NCBI GenBank assembly: GCA_964276515.1 | Contig: OZ193909.1 | Span: 9,734,001-9,798,000, forward strand | Direction of reading: 5' to 3' | Origin: Gordius albopunctatus | Lineage: Eukaryota | DNA length: 64,000 nucleotides | Translations under genes and position numbers: made by a program | Shown here: positions 1-11,660 of the stretch, piece by piece | Layout of the letters: every line of letters begins with the position of its first letter | Position numbering within the stretch: position 1 is the stretch's first letter | Notes under the pieces: generated by a model | What the model was told of the DNA's origin: nothing | Seen by the model: the letters and a program-made list of their open reading frames with translations, nothing else | Databases searched by the model: none

Positions 1-110
1 TCATGACGGCTATATTGTTGAACAAAAAAATTGAAAAATTTTTGAAGTCGAAAAAAATATTTATTTTCATATTCTATCAAAAGGGGGCTGAAAGAATCTT
101 TAAAAGTTAG

Positions 111-186
111 TAAATATTCTTAGCATCATGTCCTTGTTAGAATCCGTATGATAATTTTTGCACGGGGTGAGGTTTTAGATTGAGAG
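111..186 (+). repeat. 76-bp L-specific segment (first copy), present in every L monomer and absent from every S monomer
   Basis: TAAATATTCTTAGCATCATGTCCTTGTTAGAATCCGTATGATAATTTTTGCACGGGGTGAGGTTTTAGATTGAGAG (76 nt) lies between AAAAGTTAG and AAACTAAAC. It matches the 350 vs 274 spacing of adjacent ORF copies (4982/5332 vs 5332/5606). Confidence 0.95.
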
Positions 187-210
187 AAACTAAACTTTTC
201 GTGTTGCGTT

Positions 211-280
211 TAGATTGTTTCAAAATCGCTTTCTAAGCGTGTCTCTAGATTGTTTCAAAATCGCTTTCTAAGCGTGTCTC
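211..280 (+). repeat. 35-bp perfect tandem duplication inside a monomer (site 1)
   Basis: TAGATTGTTTCAAAATCGCTTTCTAAGCGTGTCTC at 211-245 and 246-280, followed by TAG. Confidence 0.95.
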
Positions 281-490
281 TAGTTTTTGAGAAACAAACT
301 CTATTTGATCGTGATTTAAAGTTAATAATTTTTGAGGACGATCAAAAATTTTTCACTAATTGACCTCTGATATCAAATCTTTCATGACGGCTATATTGTT
401 GAACAAAAAAATTTCAAAAAATTTTGATGTCGAAAAAAATATTTATTTTCCTATTCTTTCGAAAGGGGGATGAAAAAATCTTTAAAATTT

Positions 491-2266
491 AGAAACTAAA
501 CTTTTCGGGTTGCGTTTAGATTGTTTCAAAATCGCTTTCTAAGCGTGTCTCTAGTTTTTGTGAAACAAACTCTATTTGATCGTGATTTAAAGTTAATAAT
601 TTTTGAGGACGATCAAAAATTTTTCACTAATTGACCTCTGATATCAAATCTTTCATGACGGCTATATTGTTGAACAAAAAAATTGAAAAATTTTTGAAGT
701 CGAAAAAAATATTTATTTTCATATTCTATCAAAAGGGGGCTGAAAGAATCTTTAAAAGTTAGTAAATATTCTTAGCATCATGTCCTTGTTAGAATCCGTA
801 TGATAATTTTTGAACGGAGTGAGGTTTTAGATTGAGAGAAACTAAACTTTTCGTGTTGCGTTTAGATTGTTTCAAAATAGCTTTCTAAGCGTGTCTCTAG
901 TTTTTGAGAAACAAACTCTATTTGATCGTGATTTAAAGTTAATAATTTTTGAGGACGATCAAAAATTTTTCACTAATTGACCTCTGATATCAAATCTTTC
1001 ATGACGGCTATATTGTTGAACAAAAAAATTTCAAAAAATTTTGATGTCGAAAAAAATATTTATTTTCCTATTCTTTCGAAAGGGTGATGAAAAAATCTTT
1101 AAAATTTAGAAACTAAACTTTTCGTGTTGCGTTTAGATTGTTTCAAAATCGCTTTCTAAGCGTGTCTCTAGTTTTTGTGAAACAAACTCTATTTGATCGT
1201 GATTTAAAGTTAATAATTTTTGAGGACGATCAAAAATTTTTCACTAATTGACCTCTGATATCAAATCTTTCATGACGGCTATATTGTTGAACAAAAAAAT
1301 TTCAAAAAATTTTGATGTCGAAAAAAATATTTATTTTCCTATTCTTTCGAAAGGGGGATGAAAAAATCTTTAAAATTTAGAAACTAAACTTTTCGGGTTG
1401 CGTTTAGATTGTTTCAAAATCGCTTTCTAAGCGTGTCTCTAGTTTTTGTGAAACAAACTCTATTTGATCGTGATTTAAAGTTAATAATTTTTGAGGACGA
1501 TCAAAAATTTTTCACTAATTGACCTCTGATATCAAATCTTTCATGACGGCTATATTGTTGAACAAAAAAATTGAAAAATTTTTGAAGTCGAAAAAAATAT
1601 TTATTTTCATATTCTATCAAAAGGGGGCTGAAAGAATCTTTAAAAGTTAGTAAATATTCTTAGCATCATGTCCTTGTTAGAATCCGTATGATAATTTTTG
1701 AACGGAGTGAGGTTTTAGATTGAGAGAAACTAAACTTTTCGTGTTGCGTTTAGATTGTTTCAAAATAGCTTTCTAAGCGTGTCTCTAGTTTTTGAGAAAC
1801 AAACTCTATTTGATCGTGATTTAAAGTTAATAATTTTTGAGGACGATCAAAAATTTTTCACTAATTGACCTCTGATATCAAATCTTTCATGACGGCTATA
1901 TTGTTGAACAAAAAAATTTCAAAAAATTTTGATGTCGAAAAAAATATTTATTTTCCTATTCTTTCGAAAGGGTGATGAAAAAATCTTTAAAATTTAGAAA
2001 CTAAACTTTTCGTGTTGCGTTTAGATTGTTTCAAAATCGCTTTCTAAGCGTGTCTCTAGTTTTTGTGAAACAAACTCTATTTGATCGTGATTTAAAGTTA
2101 ATAATTTTTGAGGACGATCAAAAATTTTTCACTAATTGACCTCTGATATCAAATCTTTCATGACGGCTATATTGTTGAACAAAAAAATTTCAAAAAATTT
2201 TGATGTCGAAAAAAATATTTATTTTCCTATTCTTTCGAAAGGGTGATGAAAAAATCTTTAAAATTT
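491..2266 (+). repeat. Tandem 888-bp trimer (L-S-S) x2
   Basis: Monomer junctions at 491/1379/2267 and 837/1725 are 888 bp apart. The copies share the variants GAACGGAGTGAG and AATAGC followed by GAGAAAC. Confidence 0.8.
1996..2266 (+). repeat. Representative short (S) monomer, 271 bp
   Basis: Runs from AGAAACTAAAC at 1996 to the next copy at 2267. Its tail GATGTCG...TTTTCCTATTCTTTCGAAAGGGTGATGAAAAAATCTTTAAAATTT joins the next monomer directly. Confidence 0.95.
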
Positions 2267-5200
2267 AGAAACTAAACTTTTCGTGTTGCGTTTAGATTGT
2301 TTCAAAATCGCTTTCTAAGCGTGTCTCTAGTTTTTGTGAAACAAACTCTATTTGATCGTGATTTAAAGTTAATAATTTTTGAGGACGATCAAAAATTTTT
2401 CACTAATTGACCTCTGATATCAAATCTTTCATGACGGCTATATTGTTGAACAAAAAAATTTCAAAAAATTTTGATGTCGAAAAAAATATTTATTTTCCTA
2501 TTCTTTCGAAAGGGGGATGAAAAAATCTTTAAAATTTAGAAACTAAACTTTTCGGGTTGCGTTTAGATTGTTTCAAAATCGCTTTCTAAGCGTGTCTCTA
2601 GTTTTTGTGAAACAAACTCTATTTGATCGTGATTTAAAGTTAATAATTTTTGAGGACTGATCAAAAAATTTTTCACTAATTGACCTCTGATATCAAAAAC
2701 TTTCATGACGGCTATATTGTTGAACAAAAAAATTGAAAAATTTTTGAAGTCGAAAAAAATATTTATTTTCATATTCTATCATAAGGGGGCTGAAAGAATC
2801 TTTAAAAGTTAGTAAATATTCTTAGCATCATGTCCTTGTTAGAATCCGTATGATAATTTTTGAACGGAGTGAGGTTTTAGATTGAGAGAAACTAAACTTT
2901 TCGTGTTGCGTTTAGATTGTTTCAAAATCGCTTTCTAAGCGTGTCTCTAGTTTTTGAGAAACAAACTCTATTTGATCGTGATTTAAAGTTAAAAACTTTT
3001 GAGGACTGATCAAAAAATTTTTCACTAATTGACCTCTGATATCAAAAACTTTCATGACGGCTATATTGTTGAACAAAAAAATTTCAAAAAATTTTGATGT
3101 CGAAAAAAATATTTATTTTCCTATTCTTTCGAAAGGGGTATGAAAAAATCTTTAAAATTTAGAAACTAAACTTTTCGGGTTGCGTTAAGATTGTTTCAAA
3201 ATCGCTTTCTAAGCGTGTCTCTAGTTTTTGTGAAAGAAACTCTATTTGATCGTGATTTAAAGTTAATAATTTTTGAGGACTGATCAAAAAATTTTTCACT
3301 AATTGACCTCTGATATCAAAAACTTTCATGACGGCTATATTGTTGAACAAAAAAATTGAAAAATCTTTGATGTCGAAAAAAATATTTATTTTCCTATTCT
3401 TTCGAAAGGGGGATGAAAAAATCTTTAAAATTAAGAAACTAAACTTTTCGGGTTGCGTTTAGATTGTTTCAAAATCGCTTTCTAAGCGTGTCTCTAGTTT
3501 TTGTGAAACAAACTCTATTTGATCGTGATTTAAAGTTAATAATTTTTGAGGACTGATCAAAAAATTTTTCACTAATTGACCTCTGATATCAAAAACTTTC
3601 ATGGCTATATTGTTGAACAAAAAAATTTCAAAAAATTTTGATGTCGAAAAAAATATTTATTTTCCTATTCTTTCGAAAGGGGGATGAAAAAATCTTTAAA
3701 ATTTAGAAACTAAACTTTTCGGGTTGCGTTTAGATTGTTTCAAAATCGCTTTCTAAGCGTGTCTCTAGTTTTTGTGAAACAAACTCTATTTGATCGTGAT
3801 TTAAAGTTAATAATTTTTGAGGACGATCAAAAATTTTTCACTAATTGACCTCTGATATCAAATCTTTCATGACGGCTATATTGTTGAACAAAAAAATTGA
3901 AAAAATTTTGATGTCGAAAAAAATATTTATTTTCCTATTCTTTCGAAAGGGGGATGAAAAAATCTTTAAAATTAAGAAACTAAACTTTTCGGGTTGCGTT
4001 TAGATTGTTTCAAAATCGCTTTCTAAGCGTGTCTCTAGTTTTTGTGAAACAAACTCTATTTGATCGTGATATAAAGTTAATAATTTTTGAGGACTGATCA
4101 AAAAATTTTTCACTAATTGACCTCTGATATCAAAAACTTTCATGACGCCTATATTGTTGAACAAAAAAATTGAAAAATTTTTGAAGTCGAAAAAAATATT
4201 TATTTTCATATTCTATCAAAAGGGGGCTGAAAGAATCTTTAAAAGTTAGTAAATATTCTTAGCATCATGTCCTTGTTAGAATCCGTATGATAATTTTTGC
4301 ACGGGGTGAGGTTTTAGATTGAGAGAAACTAAACTTTTCGTGTTGCGTTTAGATTGTTTCAAAATCGCTTTCTAAGCGTGTCTCTAGTTTTTGAGAAACA
4401 AACTCTATTTGATCGTGATTTAAAGTTAAAAACTTTTGAGGACTGATCAAAAATTTTTTTCACTAATTGACCTCTGATATCAAAAACTTTCATGACGGCT
4501 ATATTGTTGAACAAAAAAATTGAAAAATTTTTGAAGTCGAAAAAAATATTTATTTTCCTATTCTTTCGAAAGGGGGATGAAAAAATCTTTAAAAGTTAGA
4601 AACTAAACTTTTCGTGTTGCGTTTAGATTGTTTCAAAATCGCTTTCTAAGCGTGTCTCTAATTTTTGTGAAACAAACTCTATTTGATCGTGATATAAAGT
4701 TAATAATTTTTGAGGACTGATCAAAAAATTTTTCACTAATTGACCTCTGATATCAAAAACTTTCATGACGCCTATATTGTTGAACAAAAAAATTGAAAAA
4801 ATTTTGATGTCGAAAAAAATATTTATTTTCATATTCTATCAAAAGGGGGCTGAAAGAATCTTTAAAAGTTAGTAAATATTCTTAGCATCATGTCCTTGTT
4901 AGAATCCGTATGATAATTTTTGCATGGGGTGAGGTTTTAGATTGAAAGAAACTAAACTTTTCGTGTTGCGTTTAGATTGTTTCAAAATAGCTTTCTAAGC
5001 GTGTCTCTAGTTTTTGCGAAACAAACTCTATGTGATCGTGATTTAAAGTTAATAATTTTTGAGGACTGATCAAAAAAATTTTTCACTAATTGACCTCTGA
5101 TATCAAAAACTTTCATGACGGCTATATTGTTGAACAAAAAAATTGAAAAATTTTTGAAGTCGAAAAAAATATTTATTTTCATATTCTATCAAAAGGGGGC

Positions 5201-6220
5201 TGAAAGAATCTTTAAAAGTTAGTAAATATTCTTAGCATCATGTCCTTGTTAGAATCCGTATGATAATTTTTGCATGGGGTGAGGTTTTAGATTGAGAGAA
5301 ACTAAACTTTTCGTGTTGCGTTTAGATTGTTTCAAAATCGCTTTCTAAGCGTGTCTCTAGTTTTTGAGAAACAAACTCTATTTGATCGTGATTTAAAGTT
5401 AAAAACTTTTGAGGACTGATCAAAAATTTTTTTCACTAATTGACCTCTGATATCATAAACTTTCATGACGGCTATATTTTTGAACAAAAAAATTGAAAAA
5501 ATTTTGATGTCGAAAAAAATATTTATTTTCATATTCTATCGAAAGGGTGCTGAAAGAATCTTTAAAATTTAGAAACTAAACTTTTCGTGTTGCGTTTAGA
5601 TTGTTTCAAAATCGCTTTCTAAGCGTGTCTCTAGTTTTTGAGAAACAAACTCTATTTGATCGTGATTTAAAGTTAAAAACTTTTGAGGACTGATCAAAAA
5701 TTTTTTTCACTAATTGACCTCTGATATCATAAACTTTCATGACGGCTATATTTTTGAACAAAAAAATTGAAAAAATTTTGATGTCGAAAAAAATATTTAT
5801 TTTCATATTCTATCGAAAGGGTGCTGAAAGAATCTTTAAAATTTAGAAACTAAACTTTTCGTGTTGCGTTTAGATTGTTTCAAAATAGCTTTCTAAGCGT
5901 GTCTCTAGTTTTTGCGAAACAAACTCTATGTGATCGTGATTTAAAGTTAATAATTTTTGAGGACTGATCAAAAAAATTTTTCACTAATTGACCTCTGATA
6001 TCAAAAACTTTCATGACGGCTATATTGTTGAACAAAAAAATTGAAAAATTTTTGAAGTCGAAAAAAATATTTATTTTCATATTCTATCAAAAGGGGGCTG
6101 AAAGAATCTTTAAAAGTTAGTAAATATTCTTAGCATCATGTCCTTGTTAGAATCCGTATGATAATTTTTGCACGGGGTGAGGTTTTAGATTGAGAGAAAC
6201 TAAACTTTTCGTGTTGCGTT

Positions 6221-6290
6221 TAGATTGTTTCAAAATCGCTTTCTAAGCGTGTCTCTAGATTGTTTCAAAATCGCTTTCTAAGCGTGTCTC
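6221..6290 (+). repeat. 35-bp perfect tandem duplication inside a monomer (site 2)
   Basis: The same 35-mer is duplicated at 6221-6255 and 6256-6290, 6010 bp from site 1. Confidence 0.95.
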
Positions 6291-8631
6291 TAGTTTTTGA
6301 GAAACAAACTCTATTTGATCGTGATTTAAAGTTAATAATTTTTGAGGACGATCAAAAATTTTTCACTAATTGACCTCTGATATCAAATCTTTCATGACGG
6401 CTATATTGTTGAACAAAAAAATTGAAAAATTTTTGAAGTCGAAAAAAATATTTATTTTCATATTCTATCAAAAGGGGGCTGAAAGAATCTTTAAAAGTTA
6501 GTAAATATTCTTAGCATCATGTCCTTGTTAGAATCCGTATGATAATTTTTGAACGGAGTGAGGTTTTAGATTGAGAGAAACTAAACTTTTCGTGTTGCGT
6601 TTAGATTGTTTCAAAATAGCTTTCTAAGCGTGTCTCTAGTTTTTGAGAAACAAACTCTATTTGATCGTGATTTAAAGTTAATAATTTTTGAGGACGATCA
6701 AAAATTTTTCACTAATTGACCTCTGATATCAAATCTTTCATGACGGCTATATTGTTGAACAAAAAAATTTCAAAAAATTTTGATGTCGAAAAAAATATTT
6801 ATTTTCCTATTCTTTCGAAAGGGTGATGAAAAAATCTTTAAAATTTAGAAACTAAACTTTTCGTGTTGCGTTTAGATTGTTTCAAAATCGCTTTCTAAGC
6901 GTGTCTCTAGTTTTTGTGAAACAAACTCTATTTGATCGTGATTTAAAGTTAATAATTTTTGAGGACGATCAAAAATTTTTCACTAATTGACCTCTGATAT
7001 CAAATCTTTCATGACGGCTATATTGTTGAACAAAAAAATTTCAAAAAATTTTGATGTCGAAAAAAATATTTATTTTCCTATTCTTTCGAAAGGGGGATGA
7101 AAAAATCTTTAAAATTTAGAAACTAAACTTTTCGGGTTGCGTTTAGATTGTTTCAAAATCGCTTTCTAAGCGTGTCTCTAGTTTTTGTGAAACAAACTCT
7201 ATTTGATCGTGATTTAAAGTTAATAATTTTTGAGGACTGATCAAAAAATTTTTCACTAATTGACCTCTGATATCAAAAACTTTCATGACGGCTATATTGT
7301 TGAACAAAAAAATTGAAAAATTTTTGAAGTCGAAAAAAATATTTATTTTCATATTCTATCATAAGGGGGCTGAAAGAATCTTTAAAAGTTAGTAAATATT
7401 CTTAGCATCATGTCCTTGTTAGAATCCGTATGATAATTTTTGAACGGAGTGAGGTTTTAGATTGAGAGAAACTAAACTTTTCGTGTTGCGTTTAGATTGT
7501 TTCAAAATCGCTTTCTAAGCGTGTCTCTAGTTTTTGAGAAACAAACTCTATTTGATCGTGATTTAAAGTTAAAAACTTTTGAGGACTGATCAAAAATTTT
7601 TTTCACTAATTGACCTCTGATATCATAAACTTTCATGACGGCTATATTGTTGAACAAAAAAATTGAAAAAATTTTGATGTCGAAAAAAATATTTATTTTC
7701 CTATTCTTTCGAAAGGGTGATGAAAGAATCTTTAAAATTTAGAAACTAAACTTTTCGTGTTGCGTTTAGATTGTTTCAAAATAGCTTTCTAAGCGTGTCT
7801 CTAGTTTTTGCGAAACAAACTCTATGTGATCGTGATTTAAAGTTAATAATTTTTGAGGACTGATCAAAAAAATTTTTCACTAATTGACCTCTGATATCAA
7901 AAACTTTCATGACGGCTATATTGTTGAACAAAAAAATTGAAAAATTTTTGAAGTCGAAAAAAATATTTATTTTCATATTCTATCAAAAGGGGGCTGAAAG
8001 AATCTTTAAAAGTTAGTAAATATTCTTAGCATCATGTCCTTGTTAGAATCCGTATGATAATTTTTGCACGGGGTGAGGTTTTAGATTGAGAGAAACTAAA
8101 CTTTTCGTGTTGCGTTTAGATTGTTTCAAAATCGCTTTCTAAGCGTGTCTCTAGTTTTTGAGAAACAAACTCTATTTGATCGTGATTTAAAGTTAATAAT
8201 TTTTGAGGACGATCAAAAATTTTTCACTAATTGACCTCTGATATCAAATCTTTCATGACGGCTATATTGTTGAACAAAAAAATTGAAAAAATTTTGATGT
8301 CGAAAAAAATATTTATTTTCCTATTCTTTCGAAAGGGTGATGAAAAAATCTTTAAAATTTAGAAACTAAACTTTTCGTGTTGCGTTTAGATTGTTTCAAA
8401 ATCGCTTTCTAAGCGTGTCTCTAGTTTTTGTGAAACAAACTCTATTTGATCGTGATTTAAAGTTAATAATTTTTGAGGACGATCAAAAATTTTTCACTAA
8501 TTGACCTCTGATATCAAATCTTTCATGACGGCTATATTGTTGAACAAAAAAATTTCAAAAAATTTTGATGTCGAAAAAAATATTTATTTTCCTATTCTTT
8601 CGAAAGGGGGATGAAAAAATCTTTAAAATTT

Positions 8632-11600
8632 AGAAACTAAACTTTTCGGGTTGCGTTTAGATTGTTTCAAAATCGCTTTCTAAGCGTGTCTCTAGTTTTT
8701 GTGAAACAAACTCTATTTGATCGTGATTTAAAGTTAATAATTTTTGAGGACGATCAAAAATTTTTCACTAATTGACCTCTGATATCAAATCTTTCATGAC
8801 GGCTATATTGTTGAACAAAAAAATTTCAAAAAATTTTGATGTCGAAAAAAATATTTATTTTCCTATTCTTTCGAAAGGGGGATGAAAAAATCTTTAAAAT
8901 TTAGAAACTAAACTTTTCGGGTTGCGTTTAGATTGTTTCAAAATCGCTTTCTAAGCGTGTCTCTAGTTTTTGTGAAACAAACTCTATTTGATCGTGATTT
9001 AAAGTTAATAATTTTTGAGGACTGATCAAAAAATTTTTCACTAATTGACCTCTGATATCAAAAACTTTCATGACGGCTATATTGTTGAACAAAAAAATTG
9101 AAAAATTTTTGAAGTCGAAAAAAATATTTATTTTCATATTCTATCATAAGGGGGCTGAAAGAATCTTTAAAAGTTAGTAAATATTCTTAGCATCATGTCC
9201 TTGTTAGAATCCGTATGATAATTTTTGAACGGAGTGAGGTTTTAGATTGAGAGAAACTAAACTTTTCGTGTTGCGTTTAGATTGTTTCAAAATCGCTTTC
9301 TAAGCGTGTCTCTAGTTTTTGAGAAACAAACTCTATTTGATCGTGATTTAAAGTTAAAAACTTTTGAGGACTGATCAAAAATTTTTTTCACTAATTGACC
9401 TCTGATATCATAAACTTTCATGACGGCTATATTGTTGAACAAAAAAATTGAAAAAATTTTGATGTCGAAAAAAATTTTTATTTTCATATTCTATCGAAAG
9501 GGTGCTGAAAGAATCTTTAAAATTTAGAAACTAAACTTTTCGTGTTGCGTTTAGATTGTTTCAAAATAGCTTTCTAAGCGTGTCTCTAGTTTTTGCGAAA
9601 CAAACTCTATGTGATCGTGATTTAAAGTTAATAATTTTTGAGGACTGATCAAAAAAATTTTTCACTAATTGACCTCTGATATCAAAAACTTTCATGACGG
9701 CTATATTGTTGAACAAAAAAATTGAAAAATTTTTGAAGTCGAAAAAAATATTTATTTTCATATTCTATCAAAAGGGGGCTGAAAGAATCTTTAAAAGTTA
9801 GTAAATATTCTTAGCATCATGTCCTTGTTAGAATCCGTATGATAATTTTTGCACGGGGTGAGGTTTTAGATTGAGAGAAACTAAACTTTTCGTGTTGCGT
9901 TTAGATTGTTTCAAAATCGCTTTCTAAGCGTGTCTCTAGTTTTTGAGAAACAAACTCTATTTGATCGTGATTTAAAGTTAATAATTTTTGAGGACGATCA
10001 AAAATTTTTCACTAATTGACCTCTGATATCAAATCTTTCATGACGGCTATATTGTTGAACAAAAAAATTGAAAAAATTTTGATGTCGAAAAAAATATTTA
10101 TTTTCCTATTCTTTCGAAAGGGTGATGAAAAAATCTTTAAAATTTAGAAACTAAACTTTTCGTGTTGCGTTTAGATTGTTTCAAAATCGCTTTCTAAGCG
10201 TGTCTCTAGTTTTTGTGAAACAAACTCTATTTGATCGTGATTTAAAGTTAATAATTTTTGAGGACGATCAAAAATTTTTCACTAATTGACCTCTGATATC
10301 AAATCTTTCATGACGGCTATATTGTTGAACAAAAAAATTTCAAAAAATTTTGATGTCGAAAAAAATATTTATTTTCCTATTCTTTCGAAAGGGGGATGAA
10401 AAAATCTTTAAAATTTAGAAACTAAACTTTTCGGGTTACGTTTAGATTGTTTCAAAATCGCTTTCTAAGCGTGTCTCTAGTTTTTGTGAAACAAACTCTA
10501 TTTGATCGTGATTTAAAGTTAATAATTTTTGAGGACTGATCAAAAAATTTTTCACTAATTGACCTCTGATATCAAAAACTTTCATGACGGCTATATTGTT
10601 GAACAAAAAAATTGAAAAATTTTTGAAGTCGAAAAAAATATTTATTTTCATATTCTATCATAAGGGGGCTGAAAGAATCTTTAAAAGTTAGTAAATATTC
10701 TTAGCATCATGTCCTTGTTAGAATCCGTATGATAATTTTTGAACGGAGTGAGGTTTTAGATTGAGAGAAACTAAACTTTTCGTGTTGCGTTTAGATTGTT
10801 TCAAAATCGCTTTCTAAGCGTGTCTCTAGTTTTTGAGAAACAAACTCTATTTGATCGTGATTTAAAGTTAAAAACTTTTGAGGACTGATCAAAAATTTTT
10901 TTCACTAATTGACCTCTGATATCATAAACTTTCATGACGGCTATATTGTTGAACAAAAAAATTGAAAAAATTTTGATGTCGAAAAAAATTTTTATTTTCA
11001 TATTCTATCGAAAGGGTGCTGAAAGAATCTTTAAAATTTAGAAACTAAACTTTTCGTGTTGCGTTTAGATTTTTTCAAAATAGCTTTCTAAGCGTGTCTC
11101 TAGTTTTTGCGAAACAAACTCTATGTGATCGTGATTTAAAGTTAATAATTTTTGAGGACTGATCAAAAAAATTTTTCACTAATTGACCTCTGATATCAAA
11201 AACTTTCATGACGGCTATATTGTTGAACAAAAAAATTGAAAAATTTTTGAAGTCGAAAAAAATATTTATTTTCATATTCTATCAAAAGGGGGCTGAAAGA
11301 ATCTTTAAAAGTTAGTAAATATTCTTAGCATCATGTCCTTGTTAGAATCCGTATGATAATTTTTGCACGGGGTGAGGTTTTAGATTGAGAGAAACTAAAC
11401 TTTTCGTGTTGCGTTTAGATTGTTTCAAAATCGCTTTCTAAGCGTGTCTCTAGTTTTTGAGAAACAAACTCTATTTGATCGTGATTTAAAGTTAATAATT
11501 TTTGAGGACGATCAAAAATTTTTCACTAATTGACCTCTGATATCAAATCTTTCATGACGGCTATATTGTTGAACAAAAAAATTGAAAAAATTTTGATGTC

Positions 11601-11660
11601 GAAAAAAATATTTATTTTCCTATTCTTTCGAAAGGGGGATGAAAAAATCTTTAAAATTTA
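8632..11660 (+). repeat. 1514-bp pentamer higher-order repeat (3S+2L), about 2 tandem copies
   Basis: Variant-specific ORF copies are offset by exactly 1514 bp (8928/10442, 9287/10801, 9561/11075). The same offset recurs at 15501/17015. Confidence 0.85.

Noticed and set aside
111..186. 76-bp segment as a MITE, mobile insertion or tRNA-sized element
   Set aside because: It has no terminal inverted repeats, no cloverleaf, only a 2-bp AG flank, and always sits at the same position, so it is better explained as a single ancestral indel.
455..520. CENP-B box at the TTCG motifs (TTTCGAAAGGGGG, TTTTCGGGTTGCG)
   Set aside because: Neither fits the TTCGNNNNANNCGGG core; only TTCG matches.
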